A stretch of DNA of 64,000 nt from Octopus sinensis (lineage: Eukaryota). A program made the translations under genes and the position numbers. The notes below the pieces were generated by a model. The model was not told the DNA's origin, searched no databases, and worked only from the letters and a program-made list of their open reading frames with translations. Below are positions 11,673-23,600 of the stretch, one piece after another. The stretch's first letter is position 1; the number at the start of each line of letters is the position of its first letter. The stretch spans positions 35,340,001 through 35,404,000 of the forward strand of contig NC_043002.1 of assembly GCF_006345805.1 (NCBI RefSeq). The letters are read 5' to 3'.

Positions 11673-14600
11673 TTATGAGGGTCATGTAGCAAAGCGTCAA
11701 AAAACTGAAAATAATGGATATGGAATGAACCAAGGAGGAAAAGTAAGTGCTAGTAGTTTTCAGCTCCTTTTTTGTTATTACTACTATATATGCATTCGTA
11801 TTGTGTGCGTGATGTCTCTCAGTAGTAATTCTTTAACTAGATATATATATGATAAATCAATCAGTAATTGAATTGAAAATTACTCTTTTTCTTTGGACAA
11901 GAAAATAAACACGAAAATTTGAAATGAGGAGAAACTGAAAAATTTTAGTTTGTTTTCCTTTTTCTTGAAGAAATTTGCTAACCGGCTTATTTAGATAACC
12001 CTTTCGTTCATTCTATTTTTTAAATTGCCTGCGTATGGTTTCTTTTATTTTTTCCCTTTCTGATCTGTGGTTAAATATTATTTATCTGCCTTATGCTATA
12101 TTTTATTTAAATCTGCTTCATCATATTTCAGCACAAGTAAATTGTTTTTATATTCATAATATATAAAAAAATTTGTGTATTTTTTTGTGTTTTTTTTTTA
12201 TGACCGCATGGTCTTCGTGTGTTGGAAGAAGAAATGATGGCTACAGCTACATCATCTTTGAAATAGTGAAAGCAAGCTCTCTCGCTTATATTTCCTTTTT
12301 TTTTTCCCTTCCCTATGCATACATAAACAGTAAGAAAATATGATATGCAATACTGCATGCACGATGCTCTTCGTACTTAATTAGTGAAAGAAAAGCCACT
12401 CGTTTTTCTAACGACCTCATTATATTTCATTACAAAACAAAGACCGCTTTAAGGCTGTCATAGCTGCCCCCCCCCCTTCTTTCCTTTCTGCCGTCTTTTT
12501 CAATTTCTCTCCCTATTTGTGGCGATGACTAATATATTGCTGCTCCAAATAAAAAGAATTCATGAAGTGTTATTCATCATAATAATTGTAGAATTACTAT
12601 TTTATTTTTTGCATTTCTTATTTATTTTCCCCATTTGTAGAATTTCTTTCAAAAATGGAACTGATACACATCTTGCACTTTAATTATTGATTTTTGTGAA
12701 TTTCTTGTTATTGCATTTTTTTTGTTTAGTGAAATTATTAAGATATTGTCAAGACTACATTTTAATAATATGCTACAAACAATTAAATACATTAAATTTA
12801 TATTTTTATATTAACTACTCTTAAAAATGAAAAAAAAATTTTTTTTTTAATTCCTGGATTAATTCTGTATAGAATTGTGGCAGTTTGTATATTTTATGGT
12901 TGAATGCAAATCTGTCCACAAACGTTGTGAAAGTGGCTGGCTAAGGAAATATGGAGATGGCATTAATGATCTGGTGGCTGGCTAGCAACACATCAGTAGC
13001 CGACTACTTGCCAAAGTAGTAGCCATGTTCATTTCACTTGTAACAAAAATAAAATCGATGTGACCTTTTTATTACTCTGTCCGGCCGACAGTAGTATGGT
13101 GCTTTTCATTTTCACTTGGAAGATGGGAAGATATCCAAAAAATAGTATAAATATTATGGTATAAAAAGGAATCGGTATTTATTAAAATTTAGGATTTTCT
13201 CCAAGCGCTGTTCCTTTAGCACTGTTATATAACATTAGTCACCTTTTTATTATAAAACTAGAATATTGAGATTATTAGAACAAAAATGCTAGGAATCTGT
13301 CACTCTCTCAACACACTTGTCTCCATAATTGTTAACCATTTATTTTCTATACCCATTAAAGCGGCTTAATTTAGTATGATATAAATTTACTATATATAGC
13401 CTATCATGAAGGCGCATTTGCCGATCCTCCCACTTTGTATTTTAAAAACTGCCGGGTTTCACTTAAAGGTCAGATCGTTTATGTTTTTTTTTTATTATCA
13501 ATTCAATTAGTGCATATTCGATCATGTATAATATTAAAAAAAAAAAAAGCGTTGTTAAAAAAAGGTAAAGCTTTTTTTTCTTTTTTAAATAAAAAGAAAA
13601 TCTAGACAGTCGAACTTCATTTCATTGATATAAATACTTTGTATTTATATGAATATAAACTTTATTAGACTTGAGTATTTTAAATCTATGAAATTGGTGT
13701 CCCGTACATAGGGTTTTAACCGTCAAAACTCCCCTCGGCTACTTTTCATTCACCTAATTGGCTGTTTTCGTCGCTTCACTGTCCTACCGAACATTCAATC
13801 TTCTTCCTCGTATTACAGCAATGCGCCTGCGCAAATCTTGGCTGTATTTCCTTAACTTTTTTTTTTTACATCCTCCCGCCCATCCCCATCTTCTAAAACG
13901 TTAATGGAGGTGGGATATACTATTTATAATTTCTGATTTATTGCTACTTTCCTTTTATCCTACTTTTCATTACTTCGTTCCGATAAGAAAGAAAAATAAT
14001 GAATTTATAGTGTTTTGAGGATTTTGCTTTTATAAATTCATTGGTGAATGAATACGATAAACTGATTCTTGGTGCCAAAATATTTGGTTTGCTTCATTTT
14101 AAAATGAAAATCATTGTTCAGGTGATGGTGCGGAATCCAAATGCTACCATCGTTTGCAGAATGGTTGTTATTCTCTTGCTAAGAAACTTCAATTTGCTTC
14201 ATGTTTAAAATATATTGAATTTATCGTCACCCGTTGCAAACGTAAAAATTTATGAGAAAAACTATCTAAATGCTATCGCTAATCTGATTACCTCATATAT
14301 ATATATTATATAACCAACTACGTTGTATTCCATAAAATTTTAGATTAAATTTTTACAGATTTACTTAACGTTATGTCGATTGATTTTATAATTTTATTTA
14401 TATATCGATGGAATTTTTTTTAAACGGTTGTCTAATTAAATCGGTTAGGTTTTGATGTGAAACTCGGCTTCCTTCCAATTTATCGAATAATCAAATTTTC
14501 CAAAATTTTTGTGAACAATATACTGATATGAAGCATTTAAATATTGGACTTTTTTCTTTAATTTGACAGGATAAATTAATGGAAGATCCTCACAAACCAT

Positions 14601-17600
14601 CACCATCACCCGTGGTGCATGTCCGTGGTCTGTCTGAGACTGTGGTAGAGCAAGATTTGGTTGATACCTTGCAAAACTTCGGGTGCATTAGGTAAGTTTA
14701 TTGATATTTATGAGCCTTTCTGCTTTAAGGCTTCGCGTGTGATTGTGTTAATACTGTAAATGTTACATTCGTATACCAATCACTTCCCCCTCTCTATTAC
14801 AGTTATGTTATCATGATGCCAAAGAAAAGACAAGCTCTGGTTGAATTTGAGGTGAGTTGAGCGATTTTACTAAATCCATTGGAAATATTGAAATTTGTAT
14901 TTGTTGATTAGATGGTATTTTATCATTCATCAAATTGAGTTATATTTTTAATTTTTTTTTTTTCATATCGTGTATATTTAATTGTGAGGAAATTATTTAT
15001 TATTGTATAGGATATAGCCGGAGCGACTGAGTGTGTGAACTATGTTCAGTCCAATCAACTTTATGTTAGTGGTCACCCTGCTTTCTTTAATTTCTCTACC
15101 AGTCAGAAGATCCAGAGACCAGGGTAAGCTTTATATATATTTTAGAAAATATCGGGTCTGTTTACTGTGGGTATAATTTCATAAAGATGATTTAAGGCCA
15201 CTTAAAAGTATTGTTGTAAATAACAATGTATTTTGTTAAAAAGGGGTACAGAAAAACTACATATTTTACAAGTTTAATATATATATATATATATATATAT
15301 AATCCATCTCTTTTGTTTGTAGTGGCCCAGAAGATATGCGGACTGCAAACCATATTTTGCTCTTTACCATTTTAAATCCACAATATCCGATCACTGTGGT
15401 ATGTAACCATTTTAATATTTTCTATTCTAATTGGGCATTTGTTTAATAACCATTACAAATATCTTTGTATTTAATTTTCCAGGAAGTGATGCATACAATC
15501 AGTTCTCCATATGGGCAAGTACAAAGAATTGTTATCTTCAAAAAGAATGGTGTCCAAGCAATGGTTGAATATCCTTATTTTACAAAGTGAACATAGCTTT
15601 CAATAAATTAAAATTAACTATTGGTTGTTTGCATTCTGACTTTAAAGGCACTTAATTCTCTTTATTTACTTGCATAAAGCTAATGTTACTGTTTTCACTG
15701 GAATGAGTTTTTTCCACTGTTGTACTGTTATGATTAAATGCTTGGGGTGAATTTGTATAAATTGTTAGGTAAGATGCTTATTTGATAGGGCCATTTGTAA
15801 AATAAATATCAATTATTTTTAGAAGTTCTTTGACATTTGAGAGTTTTTACATTGTGTAATGTGTTCATATGCTGAGTGCACAGGACAAAAATATACTGAC
15901 ATTTATTAAACTCTAATAGCTGGGTATTTGCTAAGAACTCAACAATCCTGGCTGGAGGCAGGATTTCAACTCAGCCAAATCTGGTAATTTAACCCAAGAT
16001 AAAGGCAAAGTTGGCTTAGACAAGATTTAGACCCAAGTGCAGTTGGACAAAGTATTTTAGTGATCACTGTAGCAACTCTGTTAATTTGACGTTTTCTCTG
16101 TGTGTACGCATTACTGTGTTATTTAGAAATTGGAAGTCCATTTGCATGATTTCAGGTTCAATCTCAATGCATAGCACTTTGTGCAGGTCTCATTTTCTGT
16201 AGCCCTGTACTGACCAAATCCTTGTGAGTAGATTTGGTATTGCTGCAGAAATTGCAAAAAAGCCTGTTTGAGTGTAATGTTTGTCTCTGCTTCTTTTGAC
16301 ATCACTGGTAGTTATTATACAAGCAGTATTATTCATTTCCAATTTGCTGTGGAAACATGTCTGGCTACAGGAAAATATTACCGTGTTTGGAAATCAGGAA
16401 GATCATTCTGCTGTAGAAAATCAACCTCAGTAAACCGACCCATGCGGGCATAGGAAAGTATGTTAAAATAGCACAATTGTTTTATAAAATGTATATTTTG
16501 TAGTTGGTATTCCTTAACCATTCGTACATTTGAAACTGTTGATCAAGCAAAACGTGCAAAGCAGGCTCTGAATGGTGCAGACATTTACTCTGGTTGCTGT
16601 ACACTCAAGATTGAATATGCAAAGGTAAATTTTCAAGTTTTGAATTCAGTATTAGAAAATATATTCACTGTTATAGATCTTGCTTCAATTAATTCTGAAA
16701 TTTTTAATTGGTTAGCTTTTGAAAGTGAATTTAAGTTTCGATGTTTCATTTGTGGGTAAGTACCCTCATTGCAGGATTGTTTGTGTTGTGATTCATTCAA
16801 TGCTTTTGCAACTTAGGGTGATTATCAGATATGTCGTGTAAAGAATTTTGTTTTAAATATATTACGGTCTAGATTTTTGTTCTTAATAAATTCAGTTCAA
16901 TGGGTTTTTTAATTTGTTTTTTTTATCAGCCTACAAAATTGAATGTTGTCAGAAATGACAATGAAAGTTGGGACTACAGCAATCCTTCTCTCGGTAAGAT
17001 GCAATTTTAAACATTTTAAATTTGATGGACACCAGCACTCTTATTTTCCTTTCTAGAACTGGTGGTAATCCTGGTTAACATACGCACTATCCAGTTGAAA
17101 ATGACCGTAACTTGCTTAATTCTAACCTATTTAATGTTTCAATATTGCAAGCCAAAGGCATGGCTGTAGTTTTAATGTAACAATAGTTGCTACTAACATA
17201 CTCTTTCTTAAATTAGCACTAAGCAACCAAAACAATGAAATTATTTGTTATCTTGGTTCCTTAGTGATGTCTTCTGGTCTTGTTTAGAGTAATTCTGTTC
17301 TCTTGTTGCTTAATTGGAATAGTTTGCGAGTTTTTCCTTTGATTCCATAAGGGTGCTAGTGAACAACAATACCATTACATTTTGCAGAACTTAGGGAATC
17401 TGTCACCTTTGTTTAGCAGATAGCCCAGTGATGGGAAATCTGCTAGTCAAATTTCTTTAATTGGTGTAATTTTTAATGGAATGGTTTGGTTGTGGTATAC
17501 TAATAAATTATTCTAAGGTAGGTGGTTTTAAATTTGGCCATGGGCTTCTTCAGTCATTAACTTTAAATTATCTTTCTATTGTTTGTTAGTATCTTTTTGA

Positions 17601-20600
17601 GGAGTGGTTATTAGGGGAGGAAAAATGCATGCATACAAATACAAACAAGTGACCATTTCAGATAACATACAAAACATTTGTCTCAGTCATATTGAAACTA
17701 AATAAACTTTCAATTACAAAACATTTTATATCGTATCATAGACTTAACATTCCAAATTTCGTTACAAAACATGCACATTTTATGAAGCACAATCATCTGT
17801 ATTCTCAGTAAATGAATTAAAATGATCATGTGCTGGCAGGGAACTACTATTGTCTGAAAGATGGTAGTAGGTTAGTGCCCAGTGAAACCACTTGTTTGTG
17901 AAGTTATTCACTTGTTTTATTCTGCACTAGCTTTTTACATTCAGCCAAGTTGTTAAAAGTGATTTCCCCCTTATTTTTTTTATATATATATTTTGAACAT
18001 TAAAAAAATCTTGCCAGCCCTTTTTTAAACAGTTGATTATGAAGCAAGTTGTTTGCTGTCTGAGATGCCATCCTTTCCAAAATCCCCAACATGAAGACAA
18101 GTCATCCATCTTGAGAAAATCCATTTGAGAACAAACTTTAAAATCATTACACTAACATTTGGGTTTTTATTAAACCCATTAAAACAAGTCAGCCACATAC
18201 AACGTAGAAAAGAAGTGGACATGTTACCTAATATTCAGAATTTGTAAATGTTCCACCTTTCTATCCAGCAAAAATTACAAACAGAAGCTGCTATTCTACA
18301 TCTAGAACAATAGAAAAAGTTGCAGAATAAATTCAAGCACAGAAAGATATCAACATCCACATTACTCATCTGACCGTCACAGGTCACAGACTGGAGCATT
18401 CTCCACCTGCAGACAGACTTCCCATACACAGAAGAAGCACTATTCAGTCAGTCAGACAAGTACATCAACCAAACTTAAAATACAATATCATCACCACCAC
18501 CATCACTACCAAGCAGATACTCACCACCGCACAGAACAAAACATAAAGCGGCCAGGTCCACACAAGGTGTCACTATACCCTGTAAACCCATCCATCTGTC
18601 TGACTCCTACGCTTGTTTGCCTTCCTACAACCAAGTCTGGTTAGTTTACTGACCTGTGATTCTGTGTGCATTATACAGGGTGTAGGCCAGTGCAGGCTCG
18701 GCCCTCCTGCTACTACTACTACTACTGCTGGATGAGGAGGAGGAGGAGAATGTGAGCAGCATCGTGTTGATTGAACCATATCAGGCTCAACTACTTCATT
18801 GACCAACAGCTACTTCTGGCTTTAACCAAATCACCATGGCTCCTTCCATTGCTGTTATCTCACCAGAAAATCAACTGGTAGATTTTTTATTTTTCTCCTT
18901 ATTTTCCAGGATGTCTTTTATTAAAAATAATATTTATTTTTTTTAATATTTAAGTTTTCCATATATCTATTATACATTTCCTGTTTTTCCTTTTGGATTA
19001 CTAATTTTCATTCTCTGAAGCCATTTAAGATATTGGCTTGCTTTCAAAAAATTGACATTACCATCTAACATTAAAACAGAAAAGGTTAGACTATAATGAG
19101 ATATTTATTTCCTTCAATTTAATATTTTCATACATTAATCTTTTATAATGCTGGAACGTTTTAGAGCAAATGGAAGAAGTGTAGTCATCATTTGATTACC
19201 ATACGCTGACTGACTGACTGCTGCTGCTATCACCAGTTTTGTGTTTTTAACTGCAACAAGTAATAGTTTGGAAATACAAGAAAATTCAGTTTGTGTACAG
19301 AACACTGCATCTGGTTTTACTGTATTGAAAAGATAACTAAAATATTTGTACTCTAGCAAGATCTGTACATTTTCACAAACACACGTAGGCTGATTCTAAG
19401 TAGTGTAAGCAGAATAAACCCAGTGAAATGTTGAAAATTTACATTTATTACATTACATCTAAATTGCTAGTTGAAAACTATTCTAATTTAAAAATTTTTT
19501 ATGCATAGGTAATTAAGTGTAATGTGGATCAAAATAATTTAAAGTAATATATGCAGTGACTGCTCAATCATTCCCTACCTTCCCCCATACGATTACTTCG
19601 ATGCTGATCCATTGAAATCTAAATCTAATAATCTCAGGCATCTGACAAACTTTCCCTATTCCAAATATTTGGATTTAATTTTTTGTATTTTTGTAAATAT
19701 AAAAATTTCACTTGGACTTCTTCACATTCAATGGGTTTCACTTTTATTAAATGAACTATGAATTGAGAACTCCTTTCCATTTATTTTTTAAAATGTATGT
19801 ATACCAAAAAAAAAAATGCATTAGTTTATTTTGCTGGGGTGAGTTTTCCATCCACCTCATTGGTAAGTTGTGTAGAAAATTGCCAGTTATGTTTTGTTTT
19901 TGTGTGTGGGATCATGTGTTGATTTTTTTTCTTCTTCTTCCACTCCCTTTTCTGTGTCGTACATAATAGTCCAAACCACTGTAGTCAGATTCCCAGGCTG
20001 TAGTGAGTTACTTTCCTTGTACAGAATTGATATTTGCCGGATCTTGCAACTGGGCTTTTTTTTCTTCATCCACCTCTCCTCTCCCTTCACCACAGGACTT
20101 TTAAGAGAGATTACTACATTCTTGGAATGTAGATTTTCTTTCTGGAGGACACACAAAGCAAGCTGTTTTATTACATAAGTGCATGAACTGGTTAAATTTT
20201 AAAATTCCTTTGGATATATTAACATTTTTTCTTAAGGTGTAGGTGAGGTTGAAATAGTTCGATTTATGAGAATGCACAACTTGTGCTTGATTTTATATAT
20301 TCATACATTATCTCTGGTTTAGCTAATTCGCTTACTAAATCTGCAAATTAACTCTTCCCATTCATCTTAGTTTTTATGATATTAACATTTTAACGCGTTT
20401 CCTAATTTACGGGGGGTTTTAATTTCTTTTTTTTTTTTCTCTCATTTCTAATTTACACTAAAGCTTTGTTTCATAATGATTCAGATTGAGGAGTTAATTT
20501 AGTTAGATTTACATTGCCACATTTCCTGAAAGTTATTCAAATGGTTGGTAATTTATGTTGACCAATCTTGTGCCAGCCAAATTCTTAGTAATTCTTTCAG

Positions 20601-23600
20601 CTGAGAAAGTTAAAACCATAGTATACTAAAAGGCAACAGCAGTCAGTTAATCTGCGGTTTGTTTGGCAAACTAGTAACTTCACTGTCTGCCGCTTTCCTT
20701 GCTTGCTCTGAGACTTATCTCACCTGTGTCACTTTGTTTCAGGTAAGAGTCCTGTGGTTGCTAAAAATCAGCCTTTGCTGCAAGATCCGCGCTATGCACC
20801 AGGGCCCACTCCCTATGGTGAGTGTCCTCAATCACCAGGTGAAGTATTGTTCTAAAGCTCCATTTTCTTCTTAGTTGTTGTCACATCTCATAATGCTCTA
20901 GTTTTGAGTTGCATAATATTTAAAAATAGAGCTTCTCTATCTTTCTTGGTTACTAGAATTTATTTTAAGCAATACCTCTCTTTTAAACATTTCGGTGCCA
21001 GTTTTCGATAATGAAAAGTAGTGTCCTGTATAATGCAGAGTGCTACTTGGTCACAAGTGTATTGAAAGTGATTGAATATATGCGTTTTTAAAAAAAAAAT
21101 TCTTTTTTTTTTTTTAATTATCTAAAAATTGCTATATGGCAACTATTTGTGGTTATCTGTTGGTGTGAGTTGTTTACTGTGAAAATGCTTGTTGAATGGC
21201 ATGGCAGGCTGCTGTTATTTTTTCAATATATCTTGGCCTTATGGGCCGTTCTCCAGACTTCTTTCTATTAGTGCAGATATTTTCTTCAAACTGTCTGCAT
21301 CCTTAAACTATATTACAATGTAGGTTTTAACAATCATTTAGTCCCTGTGTGATATTTTTCTTCTCCATTTGTGGATTTGGTATCTCTGGTTGGTTTTCAA
21401 ACTATAAAACATACAGCCTTTATGTTGTAGCTAATTGACCTGAAATAATTTTTGGACCCCTTGTCCTGTCAAGCTTGTAATTTTCTCCCCTCCCACTTAG
21501 TCTTTTTACCTTCTATTAGAGTTAGCAAAATGTATTGAATCTTGCATTTTTTAAGATTTTTTTTTAGCAACCATTTAAGATGTTTTCTCCAAATTGAAGA
21601 AAATAAAATGTAGTTAAGGGTTAAAGTGAAACAAATTTTAGTATTCAGATTGAAAGACAAGTAATTTTGTACAAAAATGAATTATTAGCACCATTTCATA
21701 TTACATTATTTGCTTGCTGAATTTAATTTATTCACATTGTCATCCAATCATTAATTCTTATACTCTAATTTGCCATAATGTTGATTTGCTTCATTTTATT
21801 CATTTGTTTATTTTTCATATCTAAAGAAGTTGGACTCTTGGGTAATTTGCTTTTTATTTTTTTTTTTCTTCTTCCTCCATTTTGTCTTGGATGATTGCTT
21901 TTCTAGTGCTTGCTAGTCGTGTCATCTAAGATGTTGTAAAGTTACTGTTGTGCTACCTAGTATGTTTTGACTTAACTATACCTTTGGCTGGCATTAACAC
22001 TTTCAAAATCTTTCTTGGGTTGGGCAAGATATAGTTAGCATTAAAATGATAGCTTTTCTTTTTATGAGTGTCGTCTTCATTGTTTTTGTATTGTGTGTAT
22101 ATATATATATCTATATATATAAATATATTAAATGTGGCAGCTCTTGTACTGTTTGCCACCCCCTCAGCTTATTGGCTCTCTCACACCTATATTCAAATAA
22201 ATATGGTACATATTCTTTTAGATACATACATACATGCATAAAATATAAATGGAAATGGGTTTTTTTATGAATACAGCTGCTCTGGTTCTTTTATGTTTGA
22301 ACATGAAAGTGAATTCAGAGAGAAAGTTGGTATTGATATTTTAAAATGTTTGGTATCAGCTTATGAGATTGTTTTTTATATAAACAAAAAAATTACTCTT
22401 GATATTAAAACTCTTTGATTGAGTTTGCCCTCTTTTGTAGATCTATTAAGAAATGGAGTTTTTCTCTGAAGTGTTTTAAATTATTGGATTGTTACATATG
22501 TGCAAATTTTGAGTTTTACACTGTACATAGCTGAGTGAGCCTACTGTTTCTGCAAAAATTTTATTTAGTATTGGAAATGTTTTCGTATAATGGCTGATTT
22601 GGATTTTTTTTTTATTTATTTATATATATACATATATATATATATTTGAAATTGTCTACTTCTGCAAAAATAGTATAAGTGTTGAGATAAACTAATGGCT
22701 GCCTAAGCCCTGAACATAATACTTTGATAATGATTGTTAGGAATTTCCTACAATTAAATTTGGGAGATTTATGCTGTAAATAATGCTTTGATTGTTATTG
22801 TCTTGCCAATCGCTCCTTCATTTTTGATTGTTAGTTTAAACCTAATTTGCTAATACTTTTTGCATTAGTTTTCATATATTACTCTCTTGCTTTCACTCTT
22901 CATACACATTATGCCTCTAATTTTCCTTGCATGCTTTAACAAAACATTTCATTCAAAGCACTTGTATAGTGATTAGCAACTAACTATTTTCCTTTATATT
23001 TTATGAATAAATAGTATGGTTCATGCTACTTAATTAAATTTAAGGGAAAATATTGCTAGTCAGTAGCAGAATGCAAATAATTTAGGACTCTGACTTTATT
23101 ACCTGCTAAGATTATCATAAAATGGTTGCAAGTTAGTATTAACAGCACATTTAAAATATTTGGTAAAGCTGTTAAGACAGAAATTAAGTTGCAATGAATA
23201 TTTTTGCCTTGGGATGGAAACTCAATCTCAACAAAGCTACTAACCTGCGATTCCATTTGGTAAGCAGTGTAGTAAACTTGTAACTTATTACTAAACTTCT
23301 TCAAAATCTTATATCGAATAGGCAGCCTACTCATTAAGGAATATAGTCACAAAAGTGTCAACTAAAAAGTTTGGTTGTATTTTATTTTCTTAAATTTTGT
23401 AGAGCAGTAGGGGTGTTATTCATTATCATATGATTGTCAACTGGCATGCCAACAAGTACACATACTTTAATTGAAGAAATTTGAATTTTCTGTTCCTCTT
23501 TATTAGGATGATGGCTATGAAATAATTTGTAGTGTTACTTATGTGACTCATGGAAATTGTTTTTAATCATTTGAGTCTTGGATATTTTGATTTGATTGCT

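Noticed and set aside
21907-21959. 53-nt stop-containing pseudo-exon in intron 9
   Set aside because: Splice-like sites are common in U-rich introns, and there is no CA cluster or compositional signal to single it out.
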